Shown here: piece after piece, positions 17,160 to 30,822 of the stretch
Position numbering within the stretch: the first letter of the stretch is position 1
Layout of the letters: each line of letters begins with the position of its first letter
The notes under the pieces: generated by a model
The model's database searches: none
What the model was told of the DNA's origin: nothing
Seen by the model: the letters and a program-made list of their open reading frames with translations, nothing else
Position numbers and translations under genes: made by a program
Origin: Eledone cirrhosa
Taxonomy: Eukaryota
NCBI GenBank assembly: GCA_964016885.1
Contig: OZ024740.1
Location: forward strand, 147,498,001 to 147,562,000
Reading direction: 5' to 3'
Length of the DNA stretch: 64,000 nucleotides

Positions 17160-18624
17160 AATGCCCCTACCTTGAAAGAGTGGAAGGCAAAGTTTACATC
17201 AACGGGATATAAATTCAGAGAGTTGGAAGGAATACTGCGAAGCATTTCATCCAAAGTTCTAACGACTCTGTTATTTCGCCCCTTCAATAAGCTATAAACA
17301 TGAAATAAAGTATCACTGAGAAATATTAGCTTGGCACAAATGCAAAAGCTTTAATCAAACATGTGTTGTCTTGAGTCTTTAGACGATGATTCATGAAACA
17401 TATATTTGATTATCTGAGAAATAAATATAATAATCTAGTCAGTACTAACAATATTCACAATAATGGTTTATAACATGAGCACAAGTTTACAAAGGTTGTG
17501 GGAGGAATATCATCATTAATTGATTCCAGTTCATAACTGGTATTGTATTTTATCAACTACGGATGGATGAAAGGAAAAGTAAATATCGATAGGATTTGAA
17601 GTCAACACCATAAACAATGTAACTATATACTGAAAATAATTTTGACCGATATTTTACCGATTCTGACGTCCACTGATATAGTAATAGTTAATTTTGTTGG
17701 CGCGAACAATCGATTAAATCAAGCCATCTACTTGACTGGCACATTTCATCAACACTTGGAGGGTGAATTTCTAAGGTAATTTTTGAGGGATTTGAACTGA
17801 ACATGTAAAACATCATACCAGACCAGTCAACTTATCCCGTCAGACGGGGAGATCTCCCACCCACTTTGGGGTTGGTGAGAGGTGTCTTCTCTTATGAAAA
17901 TTGGTATAGCTTTCATTATGTAAAATCTCCCCATTTTGCCTCATTTCTACCCGTTTTGGGACACGTTTTCTCATGGTACTCCCCGTTTGGGTTTTTGAAG
18001 GTTGGCAGTTCAGACATACCTAAATCCTACAAGTCATCAGTTGCCCTTCATAATAATAATTTATTATATTGGCACATGACCAGGTATTTGTGGCGACGGG
18101 ACAGTCGATTACATCTAACCCAGTACTTGGCTTTTATTTATTTTATTAACATTGTAAGGATGAAAGGCAAAATCAACTCTTGAGTAATTTGACTCGGAAC
18201 GTAAATGTTATTAAATATCATATATAGTCCGTCACTCCTGATCCTACCACTTCATCTCCCTCTTATCATTAATTAATTAGAAGTGTTATAGATAACGTGG
18301 CATGGCCTGATTTTGTGGCTGAATAGCCACTTGTTCCTGGCATATTTGATACTCTATCACTAATTGTCTGGTAACCTTCAAATCGGGATTGACGATATAA
18401 TTGTTTCTACGTTTGGCACAAGGCCAGCAATTATCCAGTACATTACTGGTAGTTTATTTTATCGACCCCGTAAGGATGAAAGCCAAAGTTAACCTCGGCG
18501 GGATTTGAACTCTTGACGATATAATGTTTTATTAACAGAAATAAATAATTGTTTCTACCTTAGGCGCAAGGCCAGCAATTACCCAGTGCATTACTGGTAC
18601 TTTATTTTATCGACCCCGTAAGGA
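17160..18624 (-). mobile_element. Cluster of old and partial SINE copies (best preserved 18399-18512 and 18545-18624) with an intervening MITE
   Basis: Repeated ACTGGTA..TTTATC..GGATGAAAGG..GGATTTGAAC motifs. Confidence 0.7.
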
Positions 18625-20149
18625 TTAACAGAAATAAATAATGTACAATGAATATAATATTCCAAGCATAGATTAAATCAAACTTGCCAGGGATGCCAAT
18701 TTTTCCTCAACAAACCACAACAAATTACTAAGCGTAGTTACTTAACCTACAAGAAACAACAATCAAATTTCCCTGAAATCACACCTAGCAAGCTTTAAAA
18801 TAGAAAGACACATTGGATGATATAGACATAGCCGGAACGTTTTTAATCATAAATTGCTCGATCAGGCTGACCTGAGTTAAGTAAATAACACAAAATAGTA
18901 CATTCCAGAGGCGAAACAAAAATATCTGCAGACAAAAAAAGAAAGAGAAAGGATTACATATATACGCAAGGTACACTGGTTGCTGTCACAGTGAACGTCA
19001 ACCGCCAGTTTCGGCCGCTACACTGTTCAATAGCCCACAAATTCCAGAATACATCTTTAATAGCCTGGAAGCTTCATTAAAAAGCACCCTAAAACGATTA
19101 TCCCACTAACAGTGGTTTTCAACGGTTTTTGTTCAAACACCACCTTTTAGTCTTGTAACATCACAATCCCACACAACACTACATTAAGCACAAATATATT
19201 AGCTGTGTGAATAACCTGATTAGCCCACACACACTATAGAAACGTCTCTTATAAGGTTAACAACGGTTGCATTCTAAGGGAGTACATCCTACAACCGCTG
19301 TTGAGTACATCCTACAATCGCTACTGTGAGAAGCTTAAATTATATTGAGGATTATGATATATATTTCTGAGCCCACTAGAAACCACAAAAATCTATAAAG
19401 AACACAAACAATTACACTCTCCATCATCACAGGCTGTATAGAGACCACACCAAGAAGTCACCTACAAACCGAGACAAAAATACAAAACATAAAAGAGCAC
19501 ATTGACAAACGATGGACACTCGAAATGCATAGTACTTGCGACTACATGAAAAATGTTCATGCAAAATTCCAGCCACATATACAACTCGTTCACAACAATA
19601 CAGTATTATTTTCATAATATTATCTCCAACTCATCCTAGACAAACTTAAAACGCGTGTATACAGAAATAGTCCCCAAGATATGCTGAGATATACGACACC
19701 AATAATACATTTAGAGAAACAGTAACTGCTGCGTATCGAAAAGTAACCTTATCGAAAAGTAACCTTATCGAAAATCCACTTAATGTAATTTAACATGACA
19801 TTTCTATCAAGTGTATATTTTATAAGTGAGTACAGTAACTTTATGATAAAGAACTGCAAACTTCGTTTCCTTATCATCTTATTAAAACACACAAGATGAG
19901 ATGTAATTTCAAAACAGCCCGATCTTTATAAAAGTGAGATGACTTTCATCTAAGATTCAGGAACACACACTTAGGCTCACCAAAACTTAAATCCAGCTTT
20001 TACTAAGTAAAATAACCAAACTATTATATCGATAAATTAAGGTTAACACATTAAATTTATGGAGCATTGAATAACCATATAGAAATTATTAAAAACAGCC
20101 AATGTTTAATTATTTTGGCAATTCCAGTAGATAACTTTTAAGAAAGCAA

Positions 20150-20412
20150 TTTCTTCTTCTTCTTCTTCTTCTTTTTCTTCTTCTTCTTCTTCTTCTTCTT
20201 CTTGGATGCTGAGTTCTCAAACACTCCTTCCAGCGGGTGATGTCAGAAGCAACCATCTCCAAATGATTCGGCTGGATCCCCAAGCGAGACCAGCCAAGCT
20301 CATGGATGTTATCCAACCACCTTGCTCGGGGTCTCCCCTTGGGTCACCTGTCGATTGGTTTGCTTGTAAAAATATGTCCAGCGATTCTTTCCTGAGACAT
20401 TCTAACCCTATG
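20150..20412 (-). mobile_element. RTE LINE 3' end with (GAA)n tail
   Basis: LGWSRLGIQP-type C-terminus, also seen at 36440-36620, followed by CATCCAAGAAGAAGAAG... Confidence 0.8.
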
Positions 20413-20414
20413 CC

Positions 20415-20995
20415 CAGAGCTGTTCTGCTAGTGAACGGGTCGCACGTGGCGGATAGCGATACGGCCACCAGCACTGCCGGGCGAAAAAGCAACCCCGGAC
20501 AAGCAGCAGCTAACTACTAGGGGAGATGAAGCAATAGGTGACACATGTAGCTCTGAAGAAAACTCTCACAACCCAGTGACGGAGCTATTAAGAGGCGAGT
20601 TAAGGCCGCTTCTAAAAATGCCTGGTCTTCGCGGGTTTGACAAAGTACCAGATTGGTGGCTGGCGCGAATAAGACCACTGAAATTGCAACTGCAATACGT
20701 TGAGGAAAACAAATAAGAACCATACCGCATCGTCCTTCGCGCGGGTTAACGAGGGACGCGTTCAGGCCTTAGTTAGAGGTGTCTGTTCGAATAATATATT
20801 GCAGTCTCCAAGCCTGGAAGGGGGAAAACCTTGATAATTGGAACTTGTTACATCACAATCCTTACATGTAAGGAGCAGGAGCTAGTGGAGGAGGCTAGAT
20901 CCTACCGGCTAGATATATATAGTCGGGGTTTCCTCAACAAGGTTCCGTGGCTCTGATACTGTAGATTTGGATGGAGGATGGAAACTCACTTATGA
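20415..20995 (+). mobile_element. RTE LINE 5' UTR and start of the APE domain
   Basis: Homologous to the reverse complement of 12750-13165. Decayed IGT.N/KEQELVEEA..Y.LDIVG.SST..RGSDTVDLDGGWKL. Confidence 0.75.
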
Positions 20996-21024
20996 GATCG
21001 TAACATCTCATCGAAAGAATTCCG

Positions 21025-21240
21025 AAAGCTCATTAAATATAAATATCATACAATTGAGAAAATATGGCATCTTAAGGCTTGTGCAGTACTAGTGATTGTC
21101 AATCCCCTTGGAATGATACAAAAGAGAGCTGAGAATATTTGAACCAGATACCTGGAAGGCCATCTTTGCAAGAGATACAGCAAATAGTACTGAATGGCAC
21201 TGTCCATGTCATGAGACGGGCTTTATCAATTTAAATACTT
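21025..21240 (+). mobile_element. Short decayed RLE non-LTR (Dong/R4-type) 3' fragment
   Basis: EKIWHLKACAVLVIV..LG and LQEIQQIVLNGTVHVMRRALSI*, resembling the C-terminus of ORF 5..1186. Confidence 0.6.
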
Positions 21241-21389
21241 TGCAAAGACATTAATATGGTTTATACCCTTATAGTATTATTTGTATGGCAATTGATTGTA
21301 CCAAATTTTGCCTCGGCTGTCTGGATGATACTTGGCAAGATATGGGAAAGAAGCAGAGTTCAAAGGCAGTTTCAAAAAATAATAATTAT

Positions 21390-21556
21390 AATGATTTCTA
21401 CTATAGGCACAAGGCCAACAATTATCCCAGTGTATTACTGGTACTTTATTTTATCGACCCCGTAAGGATGAAAAGCAAAGTTAACCTCGGTGGGATTTGA
21501 ACTCAGACCATAAAGGTCCGTAATTCTTTGCTGCAAAGCATGGCGTCAGACCCTCG
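21390..21556 (-). mobile_element. SINE copy
   Basis: Reverse complement of the SINE consensus. Confidence 0.85.
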
Positions 21557-21754
21557 CCTACCTGCGAAAGCGATACTTATACATTGAATGCAATTGCGAT
21601 GTAAGTTAACAATTTCTAGCTTAATTCAATTGCAAAGCCCTTACTGAATTAATATATTACTTTATAATATCATAACTGTATTTAAATTAAAATTATGGGG
21701 AAGAATTACAGATGAAGTAAAATATTGAAATAATTCTATTTTGTCTCTTTCATG

Positions 21755-22375
21755 CCTGCTTGTATCGAAAGTGCAAGAAGGAGGACTTATATCAAAGCCA
21801 AGATTTGTAAGCCTACTTCTTTGCTCGGATGGCATCTTTGACATCTTGATTGAACCAAAGGGATCTGCTGCCATCCGGCGCCACACCAAGCCGCTTTCGC
21901 CAGAAGTATTTAACAGCTGAAGTAGAAACTGCCAAACTGAATAGTCTCCACCTCATTTGAACGTCCTCAGTTTGCTGTAGGAGTTCTCTGAATTTGGATG
22001 TAATAAGAACCACACACGTCATCCTGAATTCCTTATCTGCCAGCGCTTCCCACTTCATCATCTAGGTTGAGCTGGACCTGCCCATTTTGTAGGCCTTCTT
22101 GGCTTTAGATAGTTTCAGGCTGCAGATAACTATATGGTGGTCAGTTGAAGGCTCAGCCACTCTCTTAATAAGAACATACAGTACACATTCGAAGAGAACA
22201 GAGACTATAACAAAATCAAACATTGATCCCAATTTCCCTTATACTATATGTATTTGTGGATGTCTTTGTGTTGGAAGAAAGTGTTCATAATAGAGAGCCT
22301 ATTAGTAGAAGAAATGTCTAATAAGGCATATTTAGATCGGGATTGCCTTTCCGTCCAATCACTCCTCTCTATGTC
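21755..22375 (-). mobile_element. Internal RTE LINE fragment (end of APE domain plus tether)
   Basis: MKWEALADKEFR..WFNQDVKDAIRAKK, homologous to 11900-12430. Confidence 0.8.
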
Positions 22376-22499
22376 AGGTTGAGCTGCTACATCTCCGATT
22401 TGAGAGATTACAGATCCGATACTGAGGACATATAGTTAAAATGTCTAAGGAAAGAAGAAGAAGAAGAAGAAGAAGAAGAGTCTATTGTGTATCGTTCAC

Positions 22500-25400
22500 T
22501 ATATTATCACTAACAATTTGACCTGTAACAGATGTAACATTCATTTTCTGGCAATAGTTTTAAAATCTCCTAATTTAAAGAAAGACAGTCAAGGGTCTTA
22601 GTGGGTGCTTCACCAGAAATAGAATTTACTAACTAAATTTCAATACATAAAGAGGATCATACTTCGATATCATCTGATGTTAATCCTGATCTGGTTGGTA
22701 GGATTTCAATTCCAAGTTGAAGCCACCTACTTACAATTTCTCTTTGTTCTTCTGTGGCTCTCATATTTTGAATTAGGTCTAAAATATTAGGTCTAAAATC
22801 GTCTAAAATACTGCCAGGGATGAGATTATTTTAGACATATAACAATAATAGCTTGTGTTGTTCGTGGAAGAATAGGTAACTTTTGTTTGTATTTCTTTCC
22901 CAATAAGATGATATTTCCTCCAAAAATACTATTGATACCAATAATATTTTGAAGTCATATTTCGAGGGCAAGAATAGCAAAAGTAGCTATCACGGATGCT
23001 TCATCAATGAGAATTAAATCTTGATCTCTTACTCAGAGGAAAAAGATATATTACAAATGATTATATCTCTAAATAGTACCGGCGGTTTGAACAGGCTATA
23101 TAATTTCTCACCACCTAACAATAATGTAGAAGCAAATACCTGTCTGCGTAGCACTGGATACATTAAATCTTTTGTTGCTAAGATGAGAAATGATAATAAT
23201 GGAGCATTGATACAAAAAACAACTACATTCTAGAATTGCTCCTTTTCTTTTCTTTTCGGTTGCATCCATCACTTTGTTGGCAATAATTCTCTGTTTATTA
23301 TTCAAATTATTTAAATTAATAGAAGAAATTTCAAGGTCTTGTTCATGTATTCGCCTAAATATTCATTGAGATTCTGGTAGTCCTAATCTCTGACAATGTT
23401 TTATTTTCAATTAATATTTTATTTATTGCATTAGAAGTGGGGTTTTCTACGTTTTCTCTGTAAACAAGCTATCATTTTTTTCTGTAAAAAAGTTACAATG
23501 CTAAGTTACATTTTGAAGTTCGCAAAAGGCACAAATAGCTGCAAACATTACTCTAAATTATGACGACATCCTAAATGTCGATGCTTCTTCTAAAGTGTTT
23601 TGAAACTCATAATCAGTTTCTATTAAATCGAGACATATGCAAGCATCCTTAAAAGCTAACATAACTGTTCTTTATACTTCACAGATTCTTGCTTCTGAAA
23701 CGTGTAGTAGTAACACGTGGAAATGAAAACTTTCAATAGGTTTTCGGATTCACCAAATACTTGTGGGTAAACATAATAGAATTTATTTACCTGACCGTCC
23801 ACCTTTTATATTCATTGAATGTAAAGTAATTTCAGAGTAAAGTACTGATGTGAACTTTCATTTCATCATTAAGCTTGAATTATGCTAAAGAACATGTCTA
23901 CTTTGAAAAATGATTTCAATAGGAAGGCATTGTACGGCGCTACGTTGTAGTTGTTCACAAGATATTGTTTAACTTGTATTTTAATTCTATTATTACGCCT
24001 CAGGTATTTCGGGTAAACATTTACGTTAACCAATATCTCTTCTTGGAAATATTTTGTGAATGTTATAATTTCTATACAAGGAGAAACAAAATACTACTTA
24101 GTCAATGGATCATGATTTCTTTTACATGGTTTTTGCAAAAGAATGTCTTCATTAGGAATGTTTGCAGATACTAATCTATCGATGCCATCTACATTTCTAA
24201 TTTTGTCTTCTTTCCGAAGATAAATCAACGTGTACTAGTGAAGACAGTTTCCTTTCTGAAATAAAACAAGATACATAAGAGTTACTGACACGCCAAGTGC
24301 ATGTCACTCTGATATATTTTAAATATTCATTAAGGTGCACATTATAAAACCTTGCAATTATATTTAGGCAATTTTTCATTCTGCTGCAAGTTATAGTAGG
24401 GATTTTCGGATTAATGCTAAAAAAACATATCTGGCTTTATTAAATTTCGTTAATATTGTCATATTATTTTGAAAATAGTTATGCATGTCCCGGGGACTTC
24501 CTTGAAACTGTAGCGGAGCTACTTGCATGGAGTGTATCAATAATCTATCCATGCGTGATTTGGTTATGTCAGACCAATCGTAAGCCGCACATGGATATTT
24601 ATCAACTTTCGCCCAAGCTCAAATGTTTTTCCAGCTTCCTTTGTTTTCACAAAACAGTTGCTGCCTATTCGGGAAAAGGTAAACACCATTTTTTCCTTGC
24701 GATTAAACCACTATCCATTATGTAACGACAACAACTCTATTTCGGCTTGGTCGGCACATGTCGGCCAGTCGACCGAACCTTCTTAATTCTTAATTTGTTT
24801 GTTCCTTTTTAAATGGCATGTCAACTCAACTTTTGTAATCGGTTTGTAAATAAAACATGTACAAATTCTTAAGGTTTTATGATACTTTTACCACAGCCAT
24901 CGCCTTTGAATGTGATATGGAAAAATCCTTTCCCAGAGTTCTTATCACTATAGCAACAGATGTACTTATTTCGTGGCTACAGGACTTACAACTGAACTTC
25001 ACTTCTTACATTCATCCTTAATACAAATATACATTTACTTCAACAAACAGACACAACAGGCTAACATTGCCTCTCTAACATAATATACCGTTACATTTCT
25101 CGCTATAACAATTAGCTAGGCGGCTCCTCGTGTGCTATCATCTATAACATGAAGCTTACTTATTCTTATTATGCCAACACGACATAATAAACTTTCGTAT
25201 TAACATTATGCCAACACAGCATAATATTATTTTTCTGCTAAAAAACGAAGAAGGCAGTATAAATGGAACTCCATGATCACATTTTCTTTCTTCTTCTGCA
25301 TAGAACCAGTTCACTAGTCCACTATATTGTTCAACACAGCTTTAATGAACTGCAAACGACACCGTTCAACCTTTACTACTGAAAAATGGTTAATGCTTTA

Positions 25401-27900
25401 TAGATAATAGTGATTCCATGCTTAACTGCTTGTCGAAAATAAAACTGTTGCATTGTTATTCGGAAAAGATCACATGTTCTATGAGGATCACGATGTTTTA
25501 TTTCTTTGAGCCACCTTATAAAAAAACTGAAGTGAATGACACGTAATATTTAGATGGCGTAACAAATAGAAAATTCGGGAGGGGGCATATTGTTTAGCTA
25601 AATTAAAATTCACCTATTCTACGGAGCTCCGTTCTTATCAATAAATACAACAGCATTTCGCTACTCGCTGGAAATTGTACAATCTAATCTCCATACTTTG
25701 CCTGAAATGAAGTTCCACTATACAAATCGGAACATTGTCTTTGTTTGTTCGTTCTTTTTCTTCTATATGTACGGAACGTATGTTTGTATATAACTGAATA
25801 TATGAATTATAACGATGAATATCGTTTGAACATTATTACGTTACGTAAACATTGAGCATTTTAAGTAGCTTCCAACCGGTGTTGCAATGCTTCATCAGTG
25901 TTTTATATATAAATGGTCACAATGTGGGCTTTCTTTTTCATGTTGAAGAGTAGGAATTGTGTTGTAAATTTGTCCCTGAAATTTGAAATTATAAGGTCCA
26001 TGTCCTTCAGATATAATATTTTCGCTCCAGATGAAGAAAAGGAAAAGACAATTCAATTTTCTCTGCTTCTACCCTGCTGCTTCCATTTTCTTTCTAGTGA
26101 TTCAACCCACCGTACCTTCATATTCATTCTTATATTAGTTCATATCGTCTTTCACAGGCCATATTTTACAAAGTAAAAACATGAAAGACGATATTTAATT
26201 ATACTTAAGCGTATGTTTTGAATGATTGACGATCAAAAAAACATTTGTTCAAAATATAAAATAATACACTCTCTCTACGTACCACACACACAACCACCAG
26301 CGCGACATCCATTAACCAATAGCGCTACTGATAACTCTACCATTTTAACAGCCACTGTAGGATATATGAAAATAGCGTTCCCCTTTTCCTGACATTTGCC
26401 ATTACTTTTAGCAGTACAGAGGAAGCAAACAAGCAAAATAGATAAATAAATAAATATTATTGCAAAATTTTTAATGTAAATCAATCAATTCTATATTCCA
26501 AAGTCTATTTTCTTCCCGTATTTGAGGTTGTCATGTAGATGACTTGCTGCTGCCGCAACCATGAAGGATATCTCTTGTGAAATTATTTAGTGATATGTAG
26601 CACATTCAACTATCGATGAGATGTTCCCAAATTCGAATGATAACGTCTAAAACAATAACTTACATACTATTCTTTGGTTTTGTTTTGACAAGTGAAAATA
26701 TTCTTTGAATAAAAGTACTTACTGAAATTATTGGCATGTGGTGTCAATTGTTGGAAATGTTTGACGCAATATCTTCCAAACCAAAATTTCAGTGATTTAT
26801 GGTTTCTTTTGGGGCATGTGGGGATGAAATTTCATTATTTTCAAAAACCTATTCTTGTTTCTAATCAGCCACAGTATTTTCCTATATTTTAACTCAATTT
26901 CGACGGCATTTTCGCAACTAAACTACATAGGTAAATCTGAAAACTTTTATTGATAGTTTCAATGATATGGATTAAGAAATGAAATATTTGAACGCATTAT
27001 TTGCATCGCATAATCTAGAGTCAAGTTGGCATATAGTTCAATTGATAGCATCCTTTCATAGCGGGCATTTTGGTTTCTTTTTTTTTTTGGCATGTCGATG
27101 TCCTTTGTATCCAAGTAGATCATTCTCAACTTCCTATTTAAATTAGATCCCCAAACCAACATTTTCAATAGCCTTTTCTGCGTCATCAATGTAGAGTTTT
27201 CTTGAGCATTTCTTTCGCGGATTATGAACAAATTGAAAATATGGATAGTCCATTTTATAACCTTTTAGAAAGTAACCGTTTAGAACTAAGCGTTTTAAGA
27301 GAATATTATAGATACATTTTCCTCAGATCAGCTATCTTATTTTATAAATTTTCTGAAATATTAAAGGTGCCTGTTAAATATCATCTGGATTTAATGTTTC
27401 GAATATATTTGTATTCTTATCAACACACGTCACTATTAGAAAACCAGAGTGGAATTACAGTTATGAGAAATCTAAAGTTTGAATGATATTTTTTTAAAAA
27501 CCTGAAGACACACTTTTAATTTGCGTAACCTTCCACACAAGATATTTACTTTCAGAGCACTTGCTTCGATGTATATATATATATCTGTTTGTATAAACGG
27601 TTTGATTCACAATCACATTAGTTTCACAGAAGCTAAGAAATGTATTTCTGATCGTTCAGACGTTTTGTTCTGAGTAAGAAAGCTTTCACAGCTTCTAAAT
27701 AAGGTTGATTGTCATTGGATGTTGAGCAAGGCTCATCCTCGTTGGCTAATTCAAATCACGAGATGGAATAAGAAGTGTTTAACTGGTGCTAACTGGTGCT
27801 AAATAGGACTACTCATGATTGATGACTGCTGTTCGATGTAGTGGTCCCCATTAACTACTATTGTAGGAGCTTCGGCACGATGAACAGAAGTAGGTTTCCT
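22500..27900 (-). pseudogene. Possible heavily decayed NLR/LRR-like coding relic
   Basis: 5 kb free of the recognised repeats. Minus-strand fragments such as LIENKTLSEI, YMNKTLKFL, L*HNSSL, YLRRNNRIK and LSSLVHVDLS resemble ribonuclease-inhibitor-type LRR spacing. No long ORF. Confidence 0.25.
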
Positions 27901-27943
27901 CGTTCCAGTTCAGAATTCTATTGTTATTAGTACGAATTTTAGT

Positions 27944-28152
27944 AGGGCGGTAGATTGGCAGTATCGGTAGAGCGTCATACCATGCTTTGTAGCATGGCGT
28001 TATAATTCTTTACGTTCTGAATTCAAATCTCGCCGAGGTGAGGTTTTACTGTTCATCCTTACGGGGTCAATAAAATAAAGCACTAGTAATGCACTGGGGT
28101 CGATTTAATCGACCTTCCCCAACTTGTTAGCCTTGTGTCTATAGTAAAAACC
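27944..28152 (+). mobile_element. SINE copy, full length
   Basis: GGCGGTAGATTGGCAGTATCGGTAGAGCG head, GAATTCAAATC box and conserved central block. Confidence 0.88.
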
Positions 28153-28394
28153 AGTAGAGTATATGAAAATAGTAAAATTACGCTAAAGGTTTGTCAGATG
28201 ATTATTTAATTTTACTCTTAATGGATGCAATGGTGTGTGTGTGTGTTTATGAAATGACGTTAATAGCTAATAGATTAAATCTAGCATGTAAAAAGTCCCA
28301 CTTAAGGCAGAAGAAAGTGATGCAGAAAGCTGCTCCAGAATGCATAGCTCCTTGTAGAAACAAATGCAATAGTTGCAAAAGCATTTCCACGGAC

Positions 28395-29450
28395 AATGGC
28401 CAGTTTCACCAGCTGCAACAGCCACCCCACATCGTCTGAGACGTGTCTCAAACGAGCTCCCTCCATTTACCCTTTGCTCACCTCTCGTACGGAAGACCCA
28501 GTTACACATGGCCGCTGACAACAGTGTTACTTCCGCTACAGGTGTCCAGTAAGGAATCCCACTCAGCCTGCTCTTCTTGCGCTGGCAGTCGAAGACATTG
28601 CCCGCTTGGTCCGGTCACCCCTCAACGTTTGGTAACTGGGTGGTTCGGCTGATACCGTAGTTTAGGGCATTCGGCTAACCATCCCAACTCTAAAGCTCCT
28701 CAGACACGAGATCAACCCTTCCAAGTCAGAGGTGATAAACGAGGTTCCCAGCAAGACAGCCGAACTTGACGTGGCCTCAGAGCTCGAGCAGGCACAGGCC
28801 GACTGGACAGACGAAGGCGTCTCTATCCTCCAGTATACAAATGTCCAACGCAACTAAGACGACATCAAATGCAGGTCCTCCTCCAGGTGTTCCACGTTTG
28901 TGAGCCACATAAATGCCGTTGTGGGGCAGTCGTTGACATGTTTGGCCGGCACCCACTGTCTTGCCGCCAGAACGCGGGCCGGTTCCCTCAACACGCCGCT
29001 CTTAACGAAATATTAAGAAAGAGCCTGGACGTTGCTGGTTTCCCATCACAACTGGAGCCAGCAGGCCTCGACCGCGGAGACGGCAAGCGCTCCGACGGAA
29101 TTACCCTTTTTCCATTCCAAGTTGGTAGATCCCTCATCTGGGATCCCACATGTTGTGAAACATTCTCCACCTTCAACATAGTCGCTTCGGCCACAAACCC
29201 CGGTACTGCGGCCCGAAATGCAGAGGAAAGGAAGACAAACAAATACCGGGTTCTGTCCGGCCGCTTCCTCTTCGCACTGGTCGCCGTCGAGACATCAGGC
29301 GTATTCAGACCCCTCACTGCCGAACTCCTTTGCAAGATCAGAACGTCAGCAGCCCGCCTGAGGAAGGAAACCCGCGAGGTGGGGTGGCTGTTTCAGCGGG
29401 TGTCAATGGCCATTGTCCGCAGGGCGCTGCCCCAATACAACCACGCCAAA
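28395..29450 (+). mobile_element. 3' portion of a CRE-like non-LTR retrotransposon (zinc motif + restriction-like endonuclease)
   Basis: CRCG..VD..GRHPLSC, HAALNEIL, GKRSDGITLFP..LIWD, AE.RK..KY, F..VAVETSG and LFQRVSMAIVR. GC-rich island in AT-rich flanks. Confidence 0.85.
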
Positions 29451-30158
29451 GGCCCAGAGCTATCACCCAACCCCTTACACCTCCCTTCCTTCTGTGGCCC
29501 CAGAGTCCTTGCGTTCCCCAATAGGTTTTGGTTTTTCATTCCTTTTCCTCTCAATTATGGCTTTCAGAGTCCTTTACTCTACTTTTCCTTACATCCAGAT
29601 CTTCCCTCCCTTACCCCTTTCTATTTTCTCATTGCTTGATTTTGCTCTTATCTTTCTTTCTCAAATTTCCTCATTGTATTTGAATTTATCACCAATTTCC
29701 CCAGATTCTGGATTTTATCCTTATTCCAAATATGTGAACGTCTTTTTTTCTGAAAGGTGGCTTTGCAGCGTTAGATGTAAAGCCACCTTCCAGAAAAAAT
29801 ATGAAATGGATTAAGTCATGACTAATACTTTGAATTGAAATTAATGAGCTGCTACAGTTCAAATGCACTTTTGGGCACATCATCTAATCTGTGTTTCAAC
29901 AGTCAGTCAATGGAATTCATTATTCTTTTCTGCCACATCACCTTGCGTGCAACATTGTTTCGTAAATATGCACCACACAAACACATACACGCACAAAAAT
30001 GCGAGAACACATATCTGAGGAGCTTTCGATTCCAGAGTCAAGAACGAACATAATCGATCATTCCTCGAGCTGATCGGCAGTGAAACATATGTTATATGTA
30101 ATTGATTATGTATATGATGCAATACTGATTCTTTGTTCCTTAATTACCCCCCCCCCCC

Positions 30159-30202
<44 letters not shown>

Positions 30203-30429
30203 TATATTAATTCATCATATTCATAAACCCAAGTAATGTAGTTTTTTTGTTATTTTTGTTTAGTATTCAGCATTGCCAGAACAACTTGATGATTGAAAGC
30301 TTTCAAGCCGTGACCCTTCCATTTTTTATGGTATTTGGAACAAAATTGTCTAGATGTGATTTCAGGTATACATAGCTACTATTCCTTGCATGTCGAGTGA
30401 CGGTGTTGAGCCTCTCTTGTTAACTCATA

Positions 30430-30822
30430 AATAATTGTTTCTACTTTTGGCACAAGGCCAGCAATTACCAGTGTATTACTGGTACTTTATTTTATCGACC
30501 CCGTAAGGATGAAAGGCAAAGTTAACCTCGGCGGGATTTGAACTCAGACCGTAAAGGGCCGTAACTATATGCTGCAAAACATGGCGTCTGACTCTTTACC
30601 GATACTGCCAATCCACCATTGAGTCTTAAATAATTGTTTCCGCTTTTGGCACAAGACCAGCAATTATCTCAGTGTATTACTGGTACTTTATTTTATCGAT
30701 CCCGTAAGGATGAAAGGCAAAGTTAACCTCGGCGGGATTTGAACTCAGTCCGTAAAGGGCCGTAACTCTTTGCTGAAAAGCATGGCGTCCGACCCTCTAC
30801 CGATACTGCCAATCCACCGCCC
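30430..30822 (-). mobile_element. Two tandem young SINE copies (30430-30617, 30630-30822)
   Basis: Near-identical reverse complements of the copy at 48699-48882. Confidence 0.9.

Noticed and set aside
19110-19720. DNA transposon traces (CAGTGGTTTTCAAC terminus; LKTRVYRNSP mariner-like peptide)
   Set aside because: Too short and decayed. No partner TIR or catalytic motifs found.
20420-20540. Possible HDV-like or twister ribozyme at RTE 5' ends (also ~34485-34600)
   Set aside because: Hairpins are present and RTE 5' ends often carry such ribozymes, but I could not assemble a complete pseudoknot by eye. Needs a descriptor search.
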